A DNA stretch of 63,481 bases, the filler included, from Octopus bimaculoides (lineage: Eukaryota), in assembly GCF_001194135.2 (NCBI RefSeq). It is 5 parts of 5 records of this genome, joined end to end, with 100 filler letters (N's around TTAATTAATTAA, not from the genome) between each part and the next. Parts side by side here need not be neighbours in the genome. Positions count along the whole stretch, not along the records: positions 39,889 to 57,909 come from NC_068987.1; 4 more parts are not named here. One strand, 5' to 3'. Positions within the stretch are counted from its first letter, which is position 1; the number at the start of each line of letters is the position of its first letter. The notes below the pieces were generated by a model. The model saw only the letters and a program-made list of their open reading frames with translations. It made no database searches and had not been told where the DNA came from. Positions 40,196 to 52,043 of this stretch are shown here, one piece after another. The translations under genes and the position numbers were made by a program.

Positions 40196-41130
40196 ATTCA
40201 GGTCAATGCCTGGAATCAAACTCAGAATCTTGGGGTTAGTAGCCTGTGCTCTTAACCACTATGCAATATGCACATGGGCAATTATGGAGTGAATTTTAGG
40301 GCTTATAAATCTAATATTTTCCTATCCTTCCTTAATACCGGTTCCCATATGCTATTCATATCTGCACTAGGTCTGCGTAGGAGGTTATTATGTCTACCCT
40401 TATGTGAAAGGCTTCTATGAAAAGATACAAAAGATATGTGGCCCATATGACATCAGGACAGTATTCAAGAGTAACGTAACACTTCGCAAATATCTCCTTT
40501 GAGTAAAACCACAAATAGAAGAGAATATGACCAAATACTGCGTGTACTCCATCCCATGCAACTGTGGTAGGTTATACAAAGGTGAAACATGTTGCCCCCT
40601 CAAAATAAGGGTAGAGGAATATCACAAAGCTATGACATGAGGAGATATTGGTAAATCGGGTATAGCTGATCATGTATGGAAAAACAGAGACCACCTTCCC
40701 CTGTGGAATGAAGTTAAAATAATAGACAGAGAACACCACTGGAAAATACGAAAACTAAAAGAGGCAGCATATATGCTAAGCCATAATAACCTCCTAAGTA
40801 GACCTAGTGCAGATATGAGTATCCATATGGGAACCAGTATTAAGGAAAGATAGGAAAATATTAGATTTACAAGCCCTAAAATTCACTCCATAATTGCTTA
40901 TAGGCATACTGGTGCAGTGGTTAAGAGCATGGGCTACTAATCCCAAGGTTTCAAGTTCAATTCCAGGCAGTGACCTGAATAATAATAATAATAATAAGAT
41001 CAAAAAAATACCTTAGGAACGAGAACCCAGGTTCGAAATGCCCACAGGATACCTGATGAAGGCTGGAGAGTACATCAGCTGAAATGTTGTGTTAACAACA
41101 AACAAGATGAGGACAAAAAGCCATCAAATG
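40193..41130 (+). mobile_element. Penelope-like element 3' fragment: GIY-YIG endonuclease flanked by inverted pseudo-LTR copies
   Basis: About 40520-40780 reads CVYSIPCNCGRLYKGETCCPLKIRVEEY...SGIADHVWKN...WKIRKLKEAA; 40193-40392 is an inverted copy of 40782-40985. Confidence 0.8.
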
Positions 41131-41430
41131 TAAATAATGAATATAGTGTACGACCTCACTTTCTGACCTGTATCCCCCTCATTCCCTTCCTATTTTACTA
41201 TATATTATTATTTTACTATATTTGATATAATTATATTACTCCCTTATGGGATGGCACTGTAGTCGAGTGTGCATATATACACTCATTTTGATGTGTATAT
41301 GGGTATGTGTGTGTATGTTTATTTTACACAGTTTTTGTGATTCATTATGTATACTTGCAAGTGATGTAGATGTATGTGTATATGAAGATATATATACACA
41401 TATATGTATGTATGTATATGCATATATGTA

Positions 41431-41492
<62 letters not shown>

Positions 41493-41497
41493 CATAC

Positions 41498-41912
41498 AGA
41501 TGCACGAGTGGCTGAGTGGTAAGAAGTTTGCTGCGGAAGGAGAGAAGGCGGCAAGCTGGCAGAAACGTTAGCATGTCGGGTGGATGCTTAGCGGTATTTC
41601 GTCTGTCGTTACGTTCTGAGTTCAAATTCCGCCGAGGTCGACTTGGCCTTTCATCCTTTCGGGGTCGATAAATTAAGTACCAGTTATACACTGGGGTCGA
41701 TATAATCAACTTAATCCCTTTGTCTGTCTTTGTTTGTCCCCTCTATGTTTAGCCCCTTGTGGGCAATAAAGAAATAAGAAATAAGAAGTTTGCTTCCCAA
41801 CCACATGGTTCCAAGTTCAGTCCCACTGCATGGAATTCTTGGACAAATGCCTTCTACTATAGCCTTGGACCCACTAAAGTGGATTTGGTAGACGGAAACT
41901 GAAAGAAGCCCG

Positions 41913-41915
<3 letters not shown>
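41498..41915 (+). mobile_element. SINE family A copy interrupted by a SINE family C insertion
   Basis: Family A head (41498-41532) resumes at 41782; taagaagtttgct is duplicated at 41520-41532 and 41782-41794. Confidence 0.85.
41533..41781 (+). mobile_element. SINE family C, near full length with (gaaataa)n tail
   Basis: aggcggcaagctggcagaaacgttagc...gagttcaaattcc (B-box-like)...ggggtcgataaattaagtacc; second copy at 47031-47262. Confidence 0.85.
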
Positions 41916-41958
<43 letters not shown>

Positions 41959-41989
41959 AATCGATATACAGAACTATTATGCATCTATA

Positions 41990-42768
41990 AACCTTATTGT
42001 CCTTAATAGCGCCCTCATTTTCTTCAGGAGATAAATGTGATACTCACTACCCGTAAGACTGTTATTGAATTTAATAACAAATTATGGGTGAGGAAAGATA
42101 CACCGGACCTCTTTGATATCATGATGGGATCGCTGGACTTGGTGGAAGCAACAGACCTGGTAGATCTATACATCCTGGATAATATAAGTAGAGAATTTCC
42201 AAAATTAACTGGAGATCTATATATGGATGACACACTATTCTTAGTTAAGAACCTTCTGAATAGACACCTAGAACTATTAAAAAAGCGGTTACATAAATTC
42301 TTTAATAGGTCTGGCCTATCCATAACCATAGAAAATGAAAACTATTCTATAAACTATTTAGATGCAAATTGGAACTTAAATACTGGACTCCACTAAAGAA
42401 AACTCTATACTAAGATATATAAACAGCTCTAGTAACCATCCCTTGCAAATAAAAAAAGCCCTACTACTAAATATAAGTAAAAGAATTTCAAATCTATCCT
42501 CTAATGAAGACATTTTTAATAAACACAAGGAAACATATAACATAACACTAAAAAATGCAAGATATAAAGGTAAAATTAAATATCTCCCAAGGAATATTAA
42601 CTATAGTAGTTAATAGAGGAACTACATCCAGCCCCAAAAATTTGGATGACTGTAACACTACCAAAGATAAATATAAATACAATAGAAATATTAGGAATAT
42701 GATAAAGTGACCCATAAATAATAATAGCCATAATAACAATAATAATGATAATGATAATAAAATTGTTA

Positions 42769-42823
<55 letters not shown>

Positions 42824-42837
42824 TAATAAAATTGTTA

Positions 42838-42877
<40 letters not shown>

Positions 42878-43200
42878 TAATAATAATATTAAATACAAAA
42901 ACAAAAATAGGAATAATAACAGAAACAATACCCATAATGTAAAACAAAACCCAATAAGGGAAATAATGAAATGGATACACTGTGGTTGATCATCCCTTTC
43001 ACTATGCAAATTAAGAATAATATGGTCAAAACAATATTTAGATTAATTAACAAACACTTTACAAACGAAAAAAACAAATATTGGGAGATAATCAATAACA
43101 AAACAATAAGAATATGATATAGTCTAACACATAATCTGGCTACCACCATCTCCTCAATTAACAATAGAAAACTGGAACCTTCTATCTAAGTAGAAAAAAT
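41990..43200 (+). pseudogene. Degenerate Penelope-like RT fragment, same broad family as 56126-57909
   Basis: ORF 42037-42396: FDIMMGSLDLVEATDLVDLY...LYMDDT; downstream SNHP...ISKRISNLSSNEDIF; interrupted by an (AAT)n array. Confidence 0.8.
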
Positions 43201-43262
43201 AACAGAAATAATACATACACAAGTAATAATAATAATAACCATAATAATAATAATAATAATAA

Positions 43263-43633
43263 TCATCATCATCATCGTTTAACGTCCGCTGTCCATACTA
43301 GCATGGGTTGGACGATTTGATTGAGGACTGGCAAGCCAGAAAGCTGCACCAGGATCCAATCTGATCTGGCAGAGTTTCTACAGCTGGATGCCCTTCCTAA
43401 CGCCAACCACTCTGAGAGTGTAGTGGGTGCTTTTATGTGCCACCTGCACGGGAGCCAGTCCAGTGGCACTGACAATGACCTCACACGAATGAATTTTCTA
43501 ACGTGCCACCACCACAAGTGCTAGAAGGTGACTCTGGTAACAATTACGCTCAAATGATGTTATTTACGGGCCACTAGCATGGAAGCCAGACAGCTGCTCT
43601 GGCAATGAACACGCTTTGACAGTGCTGCTAGTG
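43263..43633 (-). mobile_element. RTE LINE 3' UTR/tail with (GAT)n end
   Basis: catcatcatcgtttaacgtccgc...catgggttggacg...ggatgcccttcctaacgccaacc, shared with 52044-52400 and 49110-49278 plus 51800-51900. Confidence 0.7.
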
Positions 43634-44399
43634 NNNNNNNNNNNNNNNNNNNNNNNNNNNNNNNNNNNNNNNNNNNNNNNNNNNNNNNNNNNNNNNNNNN
43701 NNNNNNNNNNNNNNNNNNNNNNNNNNNNNNNNNNNNNNNNNNNNNNNNNNNNNNNNNNNNNNNNNNNNNNNNNNNNNNNNNNNNNNNNNNNNNNNNNNNN
43801 NNNNNNNNNNNNNNNNNNNNNNNNNNNNNNNNNNNNNNNNNNNNNNNNNNNNNNNNNNNNNNNNNNNNNNNNNNNNNNNNNNNNNNNNNNNNNNNNNNNN
43901 NNNNNNNNNNNNNNNNNNNNNNNNNNNNNNNNNNNNNNNNNNNNNNNNNNNNNNNNNNNNNNNNNNNNNNNNNNNNNNNNNNNNNNNNNNNNNNNNNNNN
44001 NNNNNNNNNNNNNNNNNNNNNNNNNNNNNNNNNNNNNNNNNNNNNNNNNNNNNNNNNNNNNNNNNNNNNNNNNNNNNNNNNNNNNNNNNNNNNNNNNNNN
44101 NNNNNNNNNNNNNNNNNNNNNNNNNNNNNNNNNNNNNNNNNNNNNNNNNNNNNNNNNNNNNNNNNNNNNNNNNNNNNNNNNNNNNNNNNNNNNNNNNNNN
44201 NNNNNNNNNNNNNNNNNNNNNNNNNNNNNNNNNNNNNNNNNNNNNNNNNNNNNNNNNNNNNNNNNNNNNNNNNNNNNNNNNNNNNNNNNNNNNNNNNNNN
44301 NNNNNNNNNNNNNNNNNNNNNNNNNNNNNNNNNNNNNNNNNNNNNNNNNNNNNNNNNNNNNNNNNNNNNNNNNNNNNNNNNNNNNNNNNNNNNNNNNNA

Positions 44400-45398
44400 T
44401 ATTACACAAAAACTGGCACAACATAAACATCCTACCATTAGCCTGACTCTCCCACTCGAATAAAACGCTGAAATTTGCAGTGTGGGGTCGCGCATTGTCC
44501 TGATGAAACATCACTCCTTTTTGATTCACTAAAGCAGGTCTTTTTTACTTCAAAGCTTGGTTAAAATGCTCTAATTGCTGACAGTAGACTTGAGCATTGA
44601 TTGTTGCATTAAGTGGTAGCAATTCAAAGTGAATTGCTCCTTTGCAATCCCACCAGATAGAGAGAACAGAATTTCCCTTCTTGGTAGTGGTTGAGCTTTT
44701 TCCCTTTTACTAAGCCACTGTTTATGACGTTTAACATTTTGATAGAAGATCCATTTTTCCTTACCAGTCACAAGTCTATCCAAAAGGGGTGAAATGAGTT
44801 CACGAGAATGGAGAGAAGAGCAGATGTCAACTCAGGATTTGTGATTGCTTTCAGACAATTCATGAGACACCCATTTCCCAAGTTTAGGAACCTTTCCAAG
44901 TTGTTGAAGATGACGATGAACAGCTGTATGGTTTGAACTAAGCTTTATTGCCAATTCTTCAACTGATAATGCAGGATTTTATTCAAGTAATGCCTCAAGG
45001 AGCTTATCCTCAAACTCAACTGGACGTCCTGTTCAATCTTCATCTTCAAGGCTGAAATCTCCACTTCTGAGTTTTGCAAACCATCTTCTGCAAGTTCTTT
45101 CATTCAAGCATTCTTTCCCATAAACTGAGTGTATGTTTCGAGTCGCTGCAGTTTCCTTTTTTGTACTCATAAAGCATTATCCGCCTTAAATGCTTTTTGG
45201 ATACTTCCATGTTAGAAAGGGTTTTAATCAAAGAAATTCTAACTCTATTTTATTCTGTAAAATAATATTTAATTAGTTTAAATGTACACAAATGCATAAA
45301 AATAATCTTTAATTCCATTAGACATTCTAAAATACTATTAAATTTCATTGAATTTTAAAAAAGGTAAAATCGGACATAACTTATGGGATGACCTGATA
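44400..45398 (-). mobile_element. Degenerate mariner transposon
   Basis: RRWFAKLRSGDFSLED (HTH region), LVTGKEKWIFYQN (TGDEKW motif), VMFHQDNARPHTA; TIR-like ggacataacttatgggatgacctgata near 45372-45398. Confidence 0.85.
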
Positions 45399-45503
45399 TA
45401 TTAGCTGAACTGCTTAAAATAAATAGACATAATATAATGTCTAACAGCTGATGAATACTACTTCTGGATTCTCTCCATTTTCTTCTTGCCTTATATATGT
45501 ATG

Positions 45504-45539
<36 letters not shown>

Positions 45540-45542
<3 letters not shown>

Positions 45543-45745
45543 GTGTGTCTCTGTTTGTCCTCCCCATTACCACTTGACAACCAGTGTTGCTGTGTTTACA
45601 TCCCCATAACTTAGTGATTTGGCAAAAGAGACAATAGAATAAGTACCAGGCTTAAAAAATAAGTACTGGGGTCGATTTATTCGACTAAAAATTCAAGCAG
45701 TACCCCAGCATGGCCACAGTCACTGAAACAAGCAAAAATAAATAA
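45540..45745 (+). mobile_element. SINE-like family B copy
   Basis: aatagaataagtaccaggctt...ctggggtcgatt...cagcatggccacagtcactgaaacaag. Confidence 0.7.
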
Positions 45746-46679
45746 ATAAAGAGATACATACATACATTTGTGTGTGAAGCCTTCTTGGTACCCCATTTGC
45801 TGTTCTCTAGTTATGTCTTAAATTTATTTACAATCCCTCATTCTCTTGCTTACCTTGATGCTTTCAAATAATGGCCGATCATCTCATCCCATTGACTGTT
45901 AGCCCTTGAAACCCTTTGCTATCCTTTGGGTAGATGAGAGTTTTTCTTTTCTTTTTTTCCCCCTATTTCTCCCTTTCTATTTCTTTTCATTTCCTCCCTG
46001 TATTTCATTCCCTTAAAAGAATTCATTAATCTATTACCATGTGTGTATACTTTGAAATAGTATACACTATTCACTCTCTCAGCTGTAACCAAGATGGGAG
46101 GATCAACTTGCATTATGTTCTATTTATGTGAAGAATCCTAAGTGTCAAATTTTACTCCTAACACATCTGAAATGGCTGTAGTGATACTCAACCCAACTGT
46201 GTTATTGTTTATACTTCACCACACTTTGAACTTTCTCTGTGCTGGATCTGGAGCCTATAGTCAACTGTGTAATACGTGCCATGGGTGTACTCTTGTGTGA
46301 CTTTGCATATGTGTTGTGCATTCAGTCAGTACTTGTGAATGAGTGCATATATATACACACACACATGCATACACACAAACACCTACATATACACATATAT
46401 AGATATACATAAATATTTTGTTATATTTGGGGATGGTAATTTTTTTTTTTTTTTTTGCTAAATAACCACACACACCACATACTTATTCTTCACTTCGGTT
46501 TTATTGTTATTATTATCTTAGTGTCCTTTGTATGAAATCTTTGATCACACATCCTGTAACTTCTTCGGTGACTCTCCATCCCATGTGTCTCTTCCTATTC
46601 TGTTTAGTCCATTCTGTACATAAAATACAGAATAAAATCCCTGATCTGTAGAATATATCCATTTGAAAGGCCCCCAGGT

Positions 46680-46985
46680 ATGGATAACAATTGTATAGTA
46701 TGTAGGATGAACCCACGGGTTAATTGTAAGATTAGGAATGTGGTCTATAGCATAAGGTGTACTGAAGGATGGTGCAGAAACAGGACAACAGCATACATTG
46801 GGGAGACAGTGCATAGCATAGGGGAGCAGATAGGTGACCACTGGTTGGAGCTCAAGGAAGAGAAAAGCTTGTCAGTGTTCTACCAACATGCTCAATTAGA
46901 ACATAGAGGACAAACACAACACTTAGATTATAAAGGCCACATGCATAGTAACAGACAGACTGAGCCTCAACAGAAAACATGAATG
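46680..46985 (+). pseudogene. GIY-YIG endonuclease fragment of a Penelope-like element
   Basis: CIVC...CKIRNVVYSIRC...AYIGETVHSIGEQIGDH...SVFYQHAQLEH: split GIY/YIG motif with a Cys-rich leader. Confidence 0.75.
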
Positions 46986-47030
46986 GAACAATAATACCCT
47001 GCCCACCATACTACACAATATGATGACTAA

Positions 47031-47262
47031 AGGCGGCGAGCTGGCAGAAACGTTAGCACGTCGGGCGAAATGCTTAGCGGTATTTCATCTGCTGTTACGT
47101 TCTGAGTTCAAATTCCGCAGAGGTCAACTTTGCCTTTCATCCTTTCGGGGTCGATAAATTAAGTACCAGTTACGCACTGGGGTCGATATAATCGACTTAA
47201 TCCGTTTGTCTGTCCTTGTTTGTCCCCTCTGTGTGTGGCTCCTTGTGGGCAGTAAAGAAATA
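47031..47262 (+). mobile_element. SINE family C copy
   Basis: Near-identical to 41533-41781. Confidence 0.85.
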
Positions 47263-47849
47263 GGTAAAGGCAGAATGAGAGAAGAAAAAATGGACACATA
47301 TACAAACTGTATTATACATAAACCTATATACACACACACAAGATGCACATACACATACTTAAGACAGACTGAGAAAAAAATAAAGAAATGAATAAATAAA
47401 TAAATGAATAAACCAAACAACAAAATAAAAGACACAGGCACAAGAAGTGTAGTAAACCCATATACATACACACTAAACACAAATACTAACCAGACATATG
47501 CACACACACACACAGAGATACAAACATAAATGCATGTGCAGATAAGGATACACAGCACAGAAAGACAGACTGGTCTAAACAGAATAGGCGACACAGATGA
47601 AGAGTTGCTGAAGAGGTTACAGGAAGTGTGATGAAAGATTTCAAACAAAGGACACTAAAATAAGAATAACAATAGAGCTGAAAAATGGGTATATAGTGTG
47701 TGCGGTTATTTGGGGAAAAAAATGTGACTATCCACAAATATAACAATAACTGATTCAACATCTGATTCCAGATCAGGAATCTTGCAAAAACAAATACATT
47801 ATCATATATATGCAGTGGAATCACAGGTAGATTTACAGACAAGGTCGCT

Positions 47850-49278
47850 TTCATGAGTAGCAGATGTACAGGAACAATAAGCACTAAGAGCACACAAAAC
47901 TTAGACTCTCTCAAATGCCCAGGAGGACCTCTTGAGGTAATAAATAATTTCTGCTACTTAGGTGACAAAATTAGTAATGGTGGTGAATGCTCTGAAAGTA
48001 TTCTTTCTATAATAAGAATAAAATGGAGGAAGTTCAGAGAACTACTACCTCATTTGACAAAAAAAGCTCTCTCTGAGAGTGAAAGGTAGATTGTATGATG
48101 CTTGTGTACAAACAGCTATACTTCATGGTAGTGAGACATGGGCTCTGAATGCAGAGGACATGCGTAGACTGGAATGAAGGTGGTATGCTCTAATGGATGT
48201 ACAACATCAGTGTGCATGAACAGCAAAACATAACTGTGCCGAGAGAAAAGTTAAGCATAAGAGGAATTAAATGTGGCATGCAGGAGAGGAGACTATGTTG
48301 GTTTGGACATGTGCGGATCGCTGAAAGTGGATGGAGACCCAGGAAGACATGGGACGAAGTGGTAAGAACCGATCTTAAGATGTTAAGGCTCATGGAGGAA
48401 ATGACAATGGACCAAGATGTCTGGCACTATGAGATTCTAGAGCTTAACTGAGTGCTAGAAGCATTGTGTCACGCCAACATGTAACAATAAAATTTTCACA
48501 TACCCTACCCCTAGAATCCAAACTACATCTCTCCCAAACTGCATCTTTTCTTTTCCTCACATTTCCTCTTCATACACTATAATAATTTTCGCCCTGCTCA
48601 CTGTACCACTGCTTTCCCCAATCCCCTCTTTATACCCAGGTTCTCACTACTCACTGCAATCCCCACTCCTATTCCCTACTCATGCCTTCTTGGCAATATC
48701 TGGCTATGTATATTATGTTCCCATACTTTGAAGGCATACCCTGGCAATTGCTACAATTTATCTTTCTCTTCCTTACTCTACTATCTCATCTATGCTCTGA
48801 ACGCCATTCCTTGTGGCACTTTACCACCATCTCTCTCCTGCTCTCTCTTGCACTCTTACTGTCTCCCTTTCCTCTCTCTCTTTCCCTCTGGCTGAGTAAC
48901 CTTGTATCTCCTTTACAGCAACACACCTGTTTCTCTTCTCTTTCTTGTTACCACTCTCCCTCTTACTCTCTCTCTTTTCCTCTCTTTCTTGGCTGGATAA
49001 CCATGCTCCTCTACAGCAAGATATCTGTTTCTGCCTCTGTCTCTCTGTCACACTCTAATCTTTCATGATCTAATTTAAGATCACCTCCTCTAATGCCCCC
49101 TCCCCACTCAAGATTCCTTGTCTTGCAAGTTATTTGGTGACCCTGCCAGTGCTGGTGCCACACTGTGAAGTGGTTGGCATTTGGAAGGGCATCCAGCTGT
49201 AAAAAGCACTCAGTCCACTCTACATGGTGGTTGGTGTTAGGAAGAGCATCCAATCATAAAAACCATGTCAAAACAGAT
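47850..49278 (+). mobile_element. RTE-clade LINE 3' part (ORF end plus UTR); tail resumes at 51800-51900
   Basis: NFCYLGD...KWRKFRELLP...LHGSETWAL...QERRLCWFGHV...RPRKTWDEVVRTDL, diagnostic RTE C-terminus. Confidence 0.85.
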
Positions 49279-51799
49279 GGTGACTGGACAATTTGCTGTA
49301 AACAAATTCACCGTAGGACTATTCACCATAAAAAAAATTTGCTGTATGGATATTTCATTGCAAGGACATTTTGCCAAGCTTAGAAACTTGAAATTATGTC
49401 GTTAATTAAATAAGGTAGATAAAGGGATAGTATTTACAGCAGTCATTTTCAGTAGTTGCTGAAATGATAATTTAAAAACAGAAAGGTTGCTTAAATTTAA
49501 AACTGCATTGTTAATTGCTGAAATGAGAATTTAAAAGCAGAAAGGTTGTTTAACATTTATTTAAAAATAACAAACTTATCTTGAAAATTCAAACACAAAA
49601 AGCTTGTTTTCATACAGTGTTCTTGATTGCTTGATTGATTGATTGATTGATTGATTGAGTGTTGGCAGATTCACTCGGGAACGGTGCAGTGGAATCGCAT
49701 GAAATTCAGCACAGAGCGCCAGCATGGTCCGCTCATGTTCAGGAGATTTTTATTGCCCTCCAACTCCCATGGTTACCGAGACAATCGATTATTACTTTTT
49801 AAGATAGGACTATCCCATTCAAAGTGGGGAGGGGCGATTTTGTTGCCTTTCCCATGCGCAAAATTTTACGAAAAACCAGCACAATAAAGATTATTTTTTT
49901 CCAGGTAATGTGGCTGGGTTTGTTTTTCGAAAATTTTAATCAGAGGCACAGAAAAAAAATAATTTCAATTTTTTGTGCATTAAAAAGCCAAAGCTGTTAG
50001 ACGCTGGCGTACAGTGATTGATATNNNNNNNNNNNNNNNNNNNNNNNNNNNNNNNNNNNNNNNNNNNNNNNNNAATAACTTGAAAAGAATGCATGTGGGA
50101 ATGCCGTTATAATGAATGCTCATTTAAATGTATTTTGCATGGAGTTGATGTACTTTTTAACAGGAGAGGAGTGCCTGCAGGCTGGTTCTTCTCAAGTTTA
50201 TGCATTTTCAGGTTCAATGTGTTTCAAATAAGTACTGACAATTGAAGGTGATTGCAAAGACAAAGAACTACCTGTTTTTTTTTAACAATTTTAACAGTGA
50301 GAACATTGGACAAAATATGTTATTGACATTAATAGTTTGTACCTCAGCTAATTACTGTTGAGAACTGCATAATCCATGTGTCATGTTAGAGGTCTAAAAG
50401 GCATTTTCGAATTTCATTATTTTCTTTAATCCAGGCAATGCTGGATATTTCTGCTAGTTTTTCTTTAAAAGTTGAAACTTAAACCCTTATGATGCTGTAC
50501 ACTATTAAAAGCAGCAGAGGTTGTGATAAGTTCATAGATGATGCTAACTTTATTTATAGGCAAGAAAGAAAATATGGAGGCAAGGTCTATTGGAAGTGTG
50601 TTGATAGGAACTGTAATGCAAGAGTGCGTACAAAACTGAATAGTGAAGCAATTTCTATTTGTAAAATTATAAGTGAGCATACACATCCATCAAATCCTAG
50701 CCAACCAAAAATGCAAGAAACAATAGCAAATATGAAAGAAAATGCACTTAAATCCCAGTTAGCTTCAAGATCTTTGATTGGTGCTGCATGTGGGGAATTA
50801 GAGGATGAAGGACACTCTCTTATGCCATCAACTTCAACTTTATCAGGAAACATTAGAAGATGGAGACAAAAGGAAGAAATAGTACTTCCTATACCTAGAT
50901 CAAAAATCAGCTATATAAATCTCGAAGAATTTGTGTCTACAGAACAGAGAAAGGTTTTTACTCTATGATAGTGGGGTGGAAGATGAAAACAGAATGTTGA
51001 TTTTTGGTCAACTGCAAGGTTGCACGATCTAGAAATACATAAAAATTGGGCATGCAATGGAACATTTAAGGTTTGTCCTGAAATTTATTATCAGTTATAT
51101 ACTCTACATGTCAACATAGGACATGTATGCAGCCCACGAATTTATGGTCACCTTCCGAATAAGACTCTTGATACATACAATAGGTTTTTTCAAGGGGTTA
51201 AAGATTTGCTCAAGTCCGTAAGACCTGAAAATCTAACAACTGATTTTGAACAAGCTAATTTTCTAAGTTTATCTGACAATTTTCCATCTGCAAATGTAAC
51301 ACTGTTTTTATCATTTCTGTAAAAATGCTTTGAAATGCTTTACATTGGTGGGGAGAGAGGCAGGGGAGCTCGTAGATGTAGAGTTCCTCCTACGTTTCCA
51401 TAATGCGTTGCAAGCATCTGTTAAAAATACTCATCCAAATTTATAGAAACTCATCACTGTCTTGAGAATGAAGAATCTTTTTCTAAAAAGAAGGTAAATG
51501 ATGCAGCAAGAGGAGAAACTGCAACCAAGTAAAAATACAAAGATATTTATAAGCGCATACTAAGCATTGTCAGAGGTTACAATCAAGATCAAAAACAACA
51601 TTATTTGTGTGCAATTGCAATGAACTTACATGATTTTTAACTTTTTAGCATAACATTTTAAGTAAAGTGTATGACCTTCATTATTTTAATTTTAATTTTT
51701 TATCCTTCTCTTATGCTTTACTACAAAATGTCCTTGTGATGAAATATTCATACGGTCAGTTGTCTTGTGAATTGTTCTACGGTGAATTGTCCTAAATCA
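49279..51799 (+). mobile_element. MULE/Mutator DNA transposon with FLYWCH domain, non-functional
   Basis: ORF 50489-50968 has YWKC...C...H-H (FLYWCH); ORF 51020-51322 has NGTFKVCP...QLYTLH...LPNK...TDFE (MULE DDE core, first D read as N); TIR-like ends 49281-49373 and 51724-51799; flanks aaaacagat/aaaacagac. Confidence 0.85.
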
Positions 51800-52043
51800 A
51801 AAACAGACACAGTAGTCTTCTACCTGACCGGCTCCTGTCAAACTGTTCAACCCATGCTAACATGGAAGACAGACATCAAATGATGAAGATGATGATGATG
51901 ATATATATATATATAGATACATATATAGATATATGTATATATACACATATACACACATATATACACACAAATATACATACATATATATATACACATAGAT
52001 ACAGTGGAGATTTACATATACATACACAGACATATATATCATC

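Noticed and set aside
40903-40970. tRNA gene
   Set aside because: Only A/B-box-like remnants with degenerate stems, embedded in a repeat; treated as tRNA-derived.
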